Source of the DNA: a bacterium
Lineage (GTDB): Bacteria; Krumholzibacteriota; Krumholzibacteriia; LZORAL124-64-63
Direction: 5' to 3'
DNA length: 64,000 nucleotides
NCBI GenBank assembly: GCA_018814885.1
Contig: JAHIYU010000177.1
Location: 40,025 to 104,024, forward strand
Part shown: one piece after another, positions 35,786-44,969 of the stretch
How positions within the stretch are numbered: the stretch's first letter is position 1
How the letters are laid out: the number at the start of each line of letters is the position of its first letter
The notes under the pieces: generated by a model
Told to the model about the DNA's origin: nothing
Database searches by the model: none
What the model saw: the letters and a program-made list of their open reading frames with translations, nothing else
Program-made: the position numbers and the translations under genes

Positions 35786-37120
35786 TCAAGCCAATTCGGC
35801 GAAAAAGGTCGTCGCCTCGCAACCGGTGATGCGGATGTCGAGCACGTCGCCGACGGCGGCGTTGCAGTCCTTCAACAGTACCTTGCGGTTGTTCGGCGTT
35901 CGTGCCTTCAGCGCCCCCTCCGGCCGGCGGGCTCTCCCCTCCACGGCTGCTCTTCTGCAGTGCCCGATCTCCTGCGCGGCGAGTTCCTGCCAGATCTCGT
36001 CCTGGAGACGCATCACCTCGGCCAGGCGTTCCTTCTTGACCGCGATGTCGACATCGTCATCCAGCCTGGCCGCGGGGGTCCCCGGCCGCGCCGAGTACTT
36101 GAAGTTGAAGGTCTGATCGTAGCGGACCTCCCTCACCAACTCAAGCGTCAGTCGGAAATCGTCGTCGGTTTCCCCCGGGAAGCCCACGATGAAATCGCCC
36201 GAAAAGGTCGCGTCCCGGACCAGACGTCGCGCCGTCTCGATCAGGGAGAGGTACTGGTCGCGGGTGTAGAAGCGCTTCATGCGCCGCAGGATGCGGTCGC
36301 TGCCGCTCTGCGCCGGCAGGTGCAGCCAGGGGCAGACCTTGTCCAGCGAGCCGATCGTGCCGATCAACCGCTCGTCCATGTCGCAGGGGTGCCCCGTCAG
36401 GAATCGGATGCGCGCCAGGCCGTCGATCCCGGCCACCTGGCGCAGCAGGCCGGCGAAATCCAGACCGGGCGCCCGATAGGCGGTGACGTTCTGGCCGAGC
36501 AGGGTGACCTCGTCCCCTCCCGCCGCGACGATGCCGCGGATCTCGTCCAGGATGGCGGATGGAGCCTTCTCGCGCTGGGGACCGCGCGTGGCCGGGACGA
36601 TGCAGTAGGTGCAGCGGTAGTCGCAGCCCTTGTGGATGGTCACCAGGTGAGAGTTGTTGGCGGGATAGGCCGCCGGCGGAGCCACGTAGTGCATTTCCGC
36701 GAGATGGCCCGTGGCCAGCGGCGGGGTGCGGGCGGCGCCCGACAGGAGCCGCGCCAGCATCCGGGGCAGCTGGGCGTACTGGTCGACGCCCGCCACGAGA
36801 TCCGCGTGCCCCTCTCCCGTGGCCAGCGCGCCGGAGAGACGCTCGGCCATGCAACCGCAGACGCCGATGATGTCGGCCCGGATCTGCCCACGGCGCCGCA
36901 GGCTGCGCAGCTCGCCGATGCGGCTGAAGACCTTGTGCTCGGCCAGTTCCCGGACCGAGCAGGTATTGAGAAGGATGATGTCGGCCGCGGCCGGGTCGCT
37001 GGCCAAGGCATAGCCGCTGCGCGTCAGGATGCCGCCGATGGCGGACGAGTCGTAGGTGTTCATCTGACACCCGTAGGTCTCGATGTAGACCCTGCGGCTC
37101 GCGGCTTCCGAAGAGGACAT
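35786..37120 (-). CDS. miaB: tRNA-i6A37 methylthiotransferase MiaB
   Basis: MTTase N-terminal Cys triad (YGCQMN, NTCSVRE, GCMAE), radical SAM CDYRCTYC and TRAM domain. Confidence 0.9.
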   Translation of the reverse strand: MSSSEAASRRVYIETYGCQMNTYDSSAIGGILTRSGYALASDPAAADIILLNTCSVRELAEHKVFSRIGELRSLRRRGQIRADIIGVCGCMAERLSGALATGEGHADLVAGVDQYAQLPRMLARLLSGAARTPPLATGHLAEMHYVAPPAAYPANNSHLVTIHKGCDYRCTYCIVPATRGPQREKAPSAILDEIRGIVAAGGDEVTLLGQNVTAYRAPGLDFAGLLRQVAGIDGLARIRFLTGHPCDMDERLIGTIGSLDKVCPWLHLPAQSGSDRILRRMKRFYTRDQYLSLIETARRLVRDATFSGDFIVGFPGETDDDFRLTLELVREVRYDQTFNFKYSARPGTPAARLDDDVDIAVKKERLAEVMRLQDEIWQELAAQEIGHCRRAAVEGRARRPEGALKARTPNNRKVLLKDCNAAVGDVLDIRITGCEATTFFAELA

Positions 37121-37135
37121 GTCTGCTCCGTGTAC

Positions 37136-38473
37136 TCAGTCGCCGGGCGCCGGCGCCACCTCGTCGGCGTACAGGGTGTCGTCGCGGAAGCCGGCCGGTT
37201 TCAGGACGACCATGGCGCCTGGCTCCCAGGTGTCGGGAACCGACACGGCAGCGTAGTTGCCGGTGGTGGCCTGACGCCGATCCGGCGCCGGTCGGTCGGT
37301 CTCCACCGTGGCTTCGTGCCAGTGGCCGATCAATCGCGTCTCGAACGCGCGGCGCTTGCGGCGGCTCAAGCCCCTCAGGACACGCGAGCGCTCGGTGACG
37401 GTCTCCGTGTGGACGGGCCGCATCTCGGCCGCCGGCGTGCCCGGACGCGGCGAAAAGCGGAACACGTGCAGATAAGATAGGGCCGACCGTTCGATAAAGC
37501 TGCGCGTGGCGGCGAATTCGTCGTCCGTTTCGCCCGGGAAGCCCACGATCACGTCCGCGCCGATGCCGAAATGGGGCGAAAGCCCCGCGGCCGCCTCGAT
37601 CGCCCGGCCGGCGCTGGCCACGTCGTACGGCCGACGCATCCGGCGCAGAACCGTGTCTGAGCCACTCTGGAGCGAGATATGAAGATACGGTCTCAGGTTC
37701 GTGCATGTCTCGAAGAGTTCCAGCAGGGGCGGGCGAATCTCCGTCGGGTGGATGCTGCTCAGGCGGAAACGCATGGACGGAAAGCGCTGCAGAACCTGCG
37801 CGAGCATCGTCACGAGCGCCTTGCCCAGTTCCAGATCCTGGCCGTAGCCGCCGAGATGCACGCCCGCCAGGACGATTTCGCCGAAGCCGCTGCCGCGCAG
37901 CACCTCGATCTGGCGGCAGATTTCGGCGACGGGCCGGGACCGGTTCGGCCCCCGGGCCCGCTGGATCAGGCAATAGCTGCAGTTCAGATCGCAGCCGTCC
38001 TGGACCTTGACGAAGGCGCGGGTGCGGCCGTCGAAGTCGGTGATGTCGTGGGACCGGAAGACGGCGTGAGGCTGGAAGTCCGCCACCTCGATCAGGCGCG
38101 CGTCGGCCGCGAGCAGACGCGGCAGCCATTCGGCGATGTCCTCGCGTTCGTCGAGCCCGAATACGCCGTCGAGCTCGGGCATGGCGGCCAGGGCGGCGTG
38201 CTGGGTCTGGGCGTAGCAGCCGGTCACGACCACCTTGGCGTCGGGCCGGCGCCGTTTCACGGCGCGCGAGAGCTGACGGCACTTCTGATCGGCCTTGAGG
38301 GTGACCGTGCAGCTGTTCAGCACGTAGACATCAGCGTCCGCGTCCCAGGGCACGGTTACGTAGTGCAGCCCGGATGGCAAGCGCGCCTTCATGACCTCCG
38401 TGTCGTACTGGTTCAGACGACAGCCCAGGGTCTGGAAGGCTATGCGCACGGTTCGTGTGTTCTCGTTCGTCAT
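37136..38473 (-). CDS. mtaB: Radical-SAM methylthiotransferase, MtaB-like (second MTTase paralogue)
   Basis: LGCRLNQYDTE...NSCTV...TGCYAQ N-terminal Cys triad plus CDLNCSYC radical SAM motif. Start at internal ATG (MTNENTRT). Confidence 0.75.
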   Translation of the reverse strand: MTNENTRTVRIAFQTLGCRLNQYDTEVMKARLPSGLHYVTVPWDADADVYVLNSCTVTLKADQKCRQLSRAVKRRRPDAKVVVTGCYAQTQHAALAAMPELDGVFGLDEREDIAEWLPRLLAADARLIEVADFQPHAVFRSHDITDFDGRTRAFVKVQDGCDLNCSYCLIQRARGPNRSRPVAEICRQIEVLRGSGFGEIVLAGVHLGGYGQDLELGKALVTMLAQVLQRFPSMRFRLSSIHPTEIRPPLLELFETCTNLRPYLHISLQSGSDTVLRRMRRPYDVASAGRAIEAAAGLSPHFGIGADVIVGFPGETDDEFAATRSFIERSALSYLHVFRFSPRPGTPAAEMRPVHTETVTERSRVLRGLSRRKRRAFETRLIGHWHEATVETDRPAPDRRQATTGNYAAVSVPDTWEPGAMVVLKPAGFRDDTLYADEVAPAPGD

Positions 38474-38555
38474 CACATCCGGTCCGGGACACACGGCGGG
38501 GGTGGAATCGGCTTCCACCCCCGCAGTTCAGGGACGACCCGGTTCCGCGAGGGAA

Positions 38556-40769
38556 CTAGGAATCCTGTTTCTCGTCCTCGGTGGTCGCGTTTTCCTCTGC
38601 CGCCACCTCGACGGGCCGATCGGTCGGCGTCTCCTCGGCCGCTACCGCCTCGATCGACATCTCCTCGGCCGGCGCGGCCGCGGTCGATGCTTCCTCGGTC
38701 TCCGTCTCCTCGGTCGGAGCGGTCTCCGTCTCCTCGGTCGGAGCGACCGCGGCCGATGCTTCCTCGGTCTCCGTCTCCTCGGTCGCTTGCGCCTCGAGTG
38801 CGAGGGCCGCCACCTCGGGCACGTCGTCCACGGACAGGTAGTCGTCGTCGATAGACGCGGGGTAATCGTCGTCACCATGCTCGGCGTTGGCGCGGGCTGC
38901 GGCGTTGTCTTCCTTCTCGGCCGCGCGTTCGGCCGCCACGACGTCCTCGAGCAGCGGATGTTCGGCGACGAACTTGTCCAGCTCCTCGCGCGGCTGGTCC
39001 TTGAAGTACTCGGCCACCGACAGGACGATACGGCGGTTCTCCGCGTCCATCTTGATCACGTGCAAGGGCAGGGCCTCCCCCTCCTTGAAGTGATACTGCG
39101 GCTTCTGGATCTTGGGGATCACCAGGTGGCCGACGGGCACGAAGCCTTCCAGCTCGTTGGAGATCTCCACGACCATGCCATGGTCCAGCATGCGGATGAC
39201 CTTGCCCTCGACCTGGCGCCCCACGGGGTAGTCCTCGGCGAGCGTCGGCCAGGGGTTCTCCTGGAGCTGCTTGATGCCGAGGCTGATGCGCCGCTTGTCG
39301 GCGTCGATGTCCAGGATCTGGACGTGTACCGAATCGCCCTTGCGTACGATCTCCTTGGGATGGCGTACGCGCTTGGTCCACGACATGTCCGAGATGTGCA
39401 CCAGGCCGTCGATGCCCTCCTCCACCTCGACGAAGGCGCCGAAGTCCGTGAGGTTGCGCACGCGGCCCTCGATGATGGTGCCGACGGGGAAGCGGTCGCT
39501 CAGGGACAGCCAGGGATCCGACTCGGTCTGCTTGAGTCCGAGCGAGATCTTCTCGTTGTCCTTGTCTATCTTCAGGACCATGACCTCGACGACGTCGCCG
39601 ATGGACAGGATCTTGCTCGGATGCTTGATATGGCGCGTCCAGGACATCTCGCTGATGTGGATGAGCCCCTCGATGCCCTCTTCCAGCTCCACGAAGGCGC
39701 CGTAATTGGTGATCGAGACGACCTTGCCCTGCACGACGGACTTCTCCGGATACTTCGCCTCGACGTTCTCCCAGGGGTAGGACTGGAGCTGTTTCAGACC
39801 CAGGGAGATCCGTTCGCGTTCGCGGTCGAAGTCAAGGATCTTGACCTCGATCTCGTCGCCGATGTTGACGACCTCGCTCGGATGCTTCACGCGGCCCCAG
39901 GAAAGGTCCGTGATGTGCAGCAGCCCGTCGATGCCGCCCAGGTCCACGAAGGCGCCGAAGTCGGTGATGTTCTTCACCACGCCGGTGCGCACCTGGTCCT
40001 TGTCGAGATCCCGCATCAGCGTCTTCTTCTTCTCCTCGCGCTCGCGCTCGAGCACGATGCGGCGGCTGACCACCACGTTGCGGCGGCGCTTGTTCTTCTT
40101 GATGATCTGGCACTCGATCTCCTGGCCGATCATCTGGTCCAGATCGGGGACCTGGCGCAGCGCGACCTGCGAGCCGGGCAGGAAAGTGTCGACTTCCCAG
40201 AGCTTTACGACCAGGCCGCCCTTGATGCGGCGGTCGACGATGCCCTTGACCACGTCGCCGGCCTCGTGGGCTATCTTGATCTTGTCCCAGACCTTCAGGA
40301 AGTCGGCGCGTTCCTTGGACAGGACCACCAGACCGTCCTGGTCCTCCAGATGCTCCAGGAAGACGTCGAACTCGTCGCCCTCGTTGATCTCCGTCGCGCC
40401 GAATTCGTCGAGAGCGATGATGCCCTCGCTCTTGAAGCCGATGTTGAGCAGGACCTCGTTCTCGCGGACCTCCACCACGATACCCTTGAGGATCTGCCCC
40501 TCCTGGATCTCGTTGAGAGTCTCCTCGTACTGGTTCAGCAGCGCCAGCATGGCGTCGTCGTCCAGCATCTCGTCCTCGGCGTAGTCGCGGTTGACGATCG
40601 CGGTCTCGTCGAAGGTGGTGGTCAGCTTGGGCGCGACAGGACCGGTCGCTTCATAACCGTCGTTGTCGTAGGTATCCCGCGCAGACTTGGCGTGATGCAG
40701 TCGGTTCTCGGGGACTGAAGGAGTCCGCTCCAGCGGAGCTTCATCCCCCGTGTTGGGGTTGGGATTCAT
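38556..40769 (-). CDS. rpsA: 30S ribosomal protein S1 with N-terminal extension and acidic Glu/Thr-rich C-terminal tail
   Basis: Six S1 repeats (e.g. GQILKGIVVEV, GDVVKGIVDRRIKGGLVV, VRTGVVKNITDFGAFVDL). 737 aa, against a typical ~560. Confidence 0.9.
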   Translation of the reverse strand: MNPNPNTGDEAPLERTPSVPENRLHHAKSARDTYDNDGYEATGPVAPKLTTTFDETAIVNRDYAEDEMLDDDAMLALLNQYEETLNEIQEGQILKGIVVEVRENEVLLNIGFKSEGIIALDEFGATEINEGDEFDVFLEHLEDQDGLVVLSKERADFLKVWDKIKIAHEAGDVVKGIVDRRIKGGLVVKLWEVDTFLPGSQVALRQVPDLDQMIGQEIECQIIKKNKRRRNVVVSRRIVLEREREEKKKTLMRDLDKDQVRTGVVKNITDFGAFVDLGGIDGLLHITDLSWGRVKHPSEVVNIGDEIEVKILDFDRERERISLGLKQLQSYPWENVEAKYPEKSVVQGKVVSITNYGAFVELEEGIEGLIHISEMSWTRHIKHPSKILSIGDVVEVMVLKIDKDNEKISLGLKQTESDPWLSLSDRFPVGTIIEGRVRNLTDFGAFVEVEEGIDGLVHISDMSWTKRVRHPKEIVRKGDSVHVQILDIDADKRRISLGIKQLQENPWPTLAEDYPVGRQVEGKVIRMLDHGMVVEISNELEGFVPVGHLVIPKIQKPQYHFKEGEALPLHVIKMDAENRRIVLSVAEYFKDQPREELDKFVAEHPLLEDVVAAERAAEKEDNAAARANAEHGDDDYPASIDDDYLSVDDVPEVAALALEAQATEETETEEASAAVAPTEETETAPTEETETEEASTAAAPAEEMSIEAVAAEETPTDRPVEVAAEENATTEDEKQDS

Positions 40770-40886
40770 TTGTGGTTCCTCCTAAAAGACGTATTTACCC
40801 GACTGGGCAGCCGGGCATCGACAGAATATACACCAGCCTCCCGGCGCATGCAAGCATTTAAGGGAGTGGAGCGGAAGGACGTGCCG

Positions 40887-42335
40887 TCACGCGCGGGACG
40901 CCGGCGACGACTTGCCGAAAACGCGCAGCTCCTTGCGGCGGACGGTGTCCTGCTGGCGGTTGGCGGCTTCGCGCTCCCAGGCCGAGACGGGGACGCGGGC
41001 GCTGGAGCGCGACAGCATCTCCCGGTAGATGTTTTCGAAGAGACGGGCCACGGCGCGGTTGACGTCCTTCTCTGACATGCGCGTCCGCAGAACCCCCAGG
41101 GCATAGAGCCGCACCGGCGGTGCGATCCAGATCTCGAGGGGCGACCTGGGCGAGCCGCCGGGTTCGGGGGACAGTGTGCCGCGGCAGAAGATAGGCAAGG
41201 CGGGCGCGCCGGTCCGCTGCATGATCATGCCCAGCCCGTTGCGCACCGGCCCCGGCTGACCGAAGACGCGACGCGTGCCCTCGGGGAAGAACAGGATGTT
41301 CGCGCCCTGCGCGAGGAACGAGGCCGCCAGGTCGAAGGCCGAGGCGTCGTAGATGGATCTCTTGATGGGCACGGCATCGATGAAGCGGTACACCAGGCGC
41401 GAGGGCCAGAAGCGGAAGAGCTCCGCCTTGGCGATCGCGCGCAGGGGATAGACGTCTTCCACCGCAGCCCCCAGGAACGGAGGGTCCCAGCTGCTGATGT
41501 GGTTGGGAGCCAGGATGGAACCCTGCACGCCTCTGACGTGCTCGCGGCCGTATACGCGCAGGCCGAAGAATCTGCCCAGCGCGCCGAAGATGGCGTAGGC
41601 CAGGCGGTACTTCCAGTGCACCCGGGACCGTCTCGGCATGACGTCGTCGGGCAGGGGCCGCTTTTCGGCGAGTATGTGCAGAACGGCCTCGGTCGTGACC
41701 TCCAGCTGTTCGTGGAGCAACATGTCGCTGTTGTCGATCAACATGGCGTCCGGTGAAACGGCCAGCGGGCTCTCATCCCGCTGGCTATCGAGGCGGTCGC
41801 GCTCCGCCAATTCGCGCAGCACCTCTTGTCGGTCGATCGAGACGCCCCGGCGATGATGCTGCCGCAGACGACGGTCGGCGCGCGCCTCGAGCGTCGCCTC
41901 CAGGAAGATCTTGGCCGACGCCAGGGGGAAGACGACCGAGCCTATGTCGCGACCCTCCATGACCACGCCCCGGGCGCGCCCCAGCGCCCGCTGCCGTTCG
42001 ACCATGCACCGGCGGACCTCGGCATGAGCGGAGACGGCGGAGACGCGGGATTCCACGGCGGGAGTGCGGATCGCCGTGGAGATGTCGCGCCCGTTCCAGG
42101 TGACCTGGGTATCGCCGCGCGCGGTCTCGAGGCGCAGATCGGCGGCGTCGAGCAGCGCGGCGAGACCTGTCGCGTCGCCGGCGGCGATACCGCGCTCGGC
42201 AGAGGCCCAGGTCAGCGCCCGGTACATGGCGCCGCTGTCGACGTAGAGCAGATCTAGTTTGTCCGCGAGCGCACGCGCGGTCGTGGACTTGCCCGATCCG
42301 GCCGGACCGTCGATGGCGATGACGGTGTCCGGCGG
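40887..42335 (-). CDS. cmk: Apparent in-frame fusion: cytidylate kinase (N-terminal) plus 1-acyl-sn-glycerol-3-phosphate acyltransferase PlsC (C-terminal)
   Basis: Cmk P-loop VIAIDGPAGSGKST and lid region, continuing without a stop into an LPLAT domain (ILAPNHISSWDPPFL ... FFPEGTR). Proposed GTG start at 42335, just downstream of the hisC stop. Confidence 0.7.
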   Translation of the reverse strand, partial: PPDTVIAIDGPAGSGKSTTARALADKLDLLYVDSGAMYRALTWASAERGIAAGDATGLAALLDAADLRLETARGDTQVTWNGRDISTAIRTPAVESRVSAVSAHAEVRRCMVERQRALGRARGVVMEGRDIGSVVFPLASAKIFLEATLEARADRRLRQHHRRGVSIDRQEVLRELAERDRLDSQRDESPLAVSPDAMLIDNSDMLLHEQLEVTTEAVLHILAEKRPLPDDVMPRRSRVHWKYRLAYAIFGALGRFFGLRVYGREHVRGVQGSILAPNHISSWDPPFLGAAVEDVYPLRAIAKAELFRFWPSRLVYRFIDAVPIKRSIYDASAFDLAASFLAQGANILFFPEGTRRVFGQPGPVRNGLGMIMQRTGAPALPIFCRGTLSPEPGGSPRSPLEIWIAPPVRLYALGVLRTRMSEKDVNRAVARLFENIYREMLSRSSARVPVSAWEREAANRQQDTVRRKELRVFGKSSPASRA

Positions 42336-42385
42336 CACCAGCCGCGCCGACGCGCCACGAGGGGGACGTCTGAGTGGTTCGCCGC

Positions 42386-43486
42386 TCAAGCCAGTATCTC
42401 CCTCAGCGCCCCGATGCAGCGCCGGTTCTCCTCGGGCAGCCCCACGCTGATGCGAATGGCTCCGTCGCCCAGCCCGAAGGCGTTCATGGGTCGCACGATC
42501 ACGCCACGGGCCAGGAGCTTTCGCGTGAGCGCGTCGGCGTTGCCGGGACAGCGCACGAGGATGAAGTTGGTCTGCGACGGCGTGATCCCCAGCCCCAGTC
42601 CCGTCAGCTCGCGCGCGAGATCCTCCAGCCATAAGCGGTTGTGGGCGGCGCGCGCCCGGGTCGCCTCCTTCTCCTTCAGGACCGCCAGCGCGGCCGCCTG
42701 CGACAGGGCGTTGACGTTGAAAGGCTCGCGTGTCTTTTGCAGCTCGGTGATGAGATCGCGATGGGCCACCGCATAGCCGACCCGCAGTCCCGCCAGGGAG
42801 TGTATCTTGGAGAACGTGCGGGTGACCACCAGGTTGGGGTGCTCCCCCAGCAGGGACAGCGTCTGGGGGTAGTCCGCGGCGGCGACGTACTCGTAGTAGG
42901 CCTCGTCCACCAGGACGATCACGCGCTCGGGCACGTCGTTCAGGAAGGCGTCGAACTCCGCGGCCGTGTTGTAGGTGCCGGTGGGATTGTTGGGATTGCA
43001 GACGATCGCCAGCTTGGTGGCGTCGTCCATGGCCGCCGCCATCGCGTGCAGGTCGTGGCGATCCCCCGCGTCCAGGGGAACGGCCCGGCCGCATTCGAAA
43101 TGCACGCCGCAGGTCAGCGGATAGACGATGAAGCTGGGATGGCCGAACACCACGTTCTCCCCCGGCGAGACGAGGGCCCGGATGAACATGTCGATGACCT
43201 CGTTCGAGCCGTTGCCAAAGATGAGGTTTCCGGGAGCGACTCCCAGATCGTCGGCCACGGCGTGCGTCAGCTCGTAGCACGCCGCATCGGGGTAGCGGTT
43301 CAGGTCGAGGGCGGCACGGCTCACGGCTTCCAGCACGGACGGCAGCGGTCCTTCCGGATTCTCGTTGCTGGCCAGTTTCACGACGCTGTCCAGCCCCAGT
43401 TCGCGCTGCACTTCGCTGATGGGCTTGCCCGGAGAGTAGGGGCGGGTGGCGACGATCCCCGGCCGGAAGAGTTGCTTGAAGTCCAT
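42386..43486 (-). CDS. hisC: Histidinol-phosphate aminotransferase
   Basis: Class-II aminotransferase with PLP-lysine region (TFSKIHSLAGLRVGYAV). Confidence 0.85.
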   Translation of the reverse strand: MDFKQLFRPGIVATRPYSPGKPISEVQRELGLDSVVKLASNENPEGPLPSVLEAVSRAALDLNRYPDAACYELTHAVADDLGVAPGNLIFGNGSNEVIDMFIRALVSPGENVVFGHPSFIVYPLTCGVHFECGRAVPLDAGDRHDLHAMAAAMDDATKLAIVCNPNNPTGTYNTAAEFDAFLNDVPERVIVLVDEAYYEYVAAADYPQTLSLLGEHPNLVVTRTFSKIHSLAGLRVGYAVAHRDLITELQKTREPFNVNALSQAAALAVLKEKEATRARAAHNRLWLEDLARELTGLGLGITPSQTNFILVRCPGNADALTRKLLARGVIVRPMNAFGLGDGAIRISVGLPEENRRCIGALREILA

Positions 43487-43516
43487 GAGGCCTCCTTGCT
43501 GTTTAACTGGCTGCGC

Positions 43517-44269
43517 TCAGTCCCGCAAACCGGCGCAGATCATGAGGGAAGCCGTTTCGTCCCGGTCCAGTTCGCGGAATTCGCCCACCGGCAGGTCGGC
43601 CAATTCGATATCGCCGACGCCCGTGCGGTGCAGGGCTTCGACCTCGGCGCCCACGGCCCTGAACATGCGCCTCACCTGGCGGTTGCGCCCCTCGCGCAGG
43701 AACATGCGCCAGCGACGGCCGTCGTGCCCCACGGGCGTCAATCTCGCCGGCAGGCAGGGCCGTCCGTCCAGGCAGACGCCGCCTTCGCGCAGCAGGGGCA
43801 ACGCCCTTTCGTCGAGCGGTCCGGCCAGCACGATCTCGTAGGTCTTCCAGACCTCGCTGCGGGGACGGCAGAGCGCCTGGTGCAGATCCCCGTCGTCCGT
43901 CCAAATGAGCAAGCCGCTGGTGTCCGCGTCAAGGCGCCCCACGGGGACCGCGCCGTCCGGCAGGCCGTGGCGGGCCGCGTAGACGTCGAGGCACGGCTGG
44001 CGCCCCTGCGGGCGCAGCGAGGAGATCACGCCGACGGGCTTGTGGAAGGCGAAGACCCGCCACCGCGCGGGCCATGACACCGGGCGGCCGTCCACCGTTA
44101 CCGCGTCGCTTGTCGGATCGATGCGCCGGCCCAGCTCTGCAATCACCACGCCGTCCACGCAGACGCGCCCCGCGCGTATCAAGCTCTCGACTGCGCGCCG
44201 GGAGCCGAGGCCGGCGCGCGCCAGGAATCTGTTGAGGCGCGGCAATGCGGGCTCAGACCGCCGGTTCAT
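43517..44269 (-). CDS. RsuA/RluB-family rRNA pseudouridine synthase
   Basis: S4 domain (LNRFLARAGLGSRRAVESLI) and catalytic VGRLDADTSGLLIWT motif. Start at ATG 44269. Confidence 0.8.
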   Translation of the reverse strand: MNRRSEPALPRLNRFLARAGLGSRRAVESLIRAGRVCVDGVVIAELGRRIDPTSDAVTVDGRPVSWPARWRVFAFHKPVGVISSLRPQGRQPCLDVYAARHGLPDGAVPVGRLDADTSGLLIWTDDGDLHQALCRPRSEVWKTYEIVLAGPLDERALPLLREGGVCLDGRPCLPARLTPVGHDGRRWRMFLREGRNRQVRRMFRAVGAEVEALHRTGVGDIELADLPVGEFRELDRDETASLMICAGLRD

Positions 44270-44969
44270 CCGACAGCTCGTCGTCGCGGGCAACCTGGCC
44301 GGTGTCCACCGCCGGGTCAGTCTCCGACTCGCCCGCCGCGGCTTCCTCGTGGCGCACGACCACGATCTCGTCGCCATGAACGGCCACCGTCTCGAAATCC
44401 TCGTCCGAAACGTCCTCGCCCATTTGCGCGGCGAACCTCTTGATCTCCTCGCGGTCGTTGATGATGCCCTCCAGCTCGGGCAGAGCGGGCAACTGGTGGA
44501 GACCCTTCAGACCCATGTAGTTGAGAAACTCGCGGGTGGTCCCGTAGAGGATGGGATTGCCGACGGTCTCGCTGCGGCCGGCGACGGTGATCAGGCTGCG
44601 CTCGGTCAGGGTCGAGAGCACACCGCTGACCTGCACGCCCCGGATGTCCTCGATCTCCATGCGCGTGACCGGCTGCCGATAGGCGATGATGGCCAGCACC
44701 TCGAGGGCCGCCTGGGACAGGCGGACGTAGCGGCGGCCGCGGTAGAGCTTCTGGATCAGAGGGGCGTACTCCGGCCGCGAGGCGAGTTGCCAGCCGCCGC
44801 CGAACTCGACAATGGTGAAGGCGCGGCCCTGCGCCTCGTAGTCGGCGTTGAGCTCGTCTACGGCCTCGCGGAGGATCTTGGCGTCGCCGTCGCCGAAGAT
44901 GGCCCGGAGGCGGATCGGGGTGAGCGGCGTGTCGGTCGCGAACAAGAGGGCTTCGAGGTCCTGCTTCAC
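44253..44969 (-). CDS. scpB: Segregation and condensation protein B
   Basis: LEALLFATDTPL...ILREAVDELNADY winged-helix ScpB pattern. GTG start at 44969, overlapping the scpA stop. Confidence 0.8.
   Translation of the reverse strand: MKQDLEALLFATDTPLTPIRLRAIFGDGDAKILREAVDELNADYEAQGRAFTIVEFGGGWQLASRPEYAPLIQKLYRGRRYVRLSQAALEVLAIIAYRQPVTRMEIEDIRGVQVSGVLSTLTERSLITVAGRSETVGNPILYGTTREFLNYMGLKGLHQLPALPELEGIINDREEIKRFAAQMGEDVSDEDFETVAVHGDEIVVVRHEEAAAGESETDPAVDTGQVARDDELSDEPAV

Noticed and set aside
42336-43280. N-terminal 315 codons of the 797-aa minus-strand ORF upstream of cmk
   Set aside because: It overlaps hisC in another frame, has low-complexity Arg/Gly composition and no Cmk homology. Cmk most plausibly starts at the GTG just after the hisC stop.
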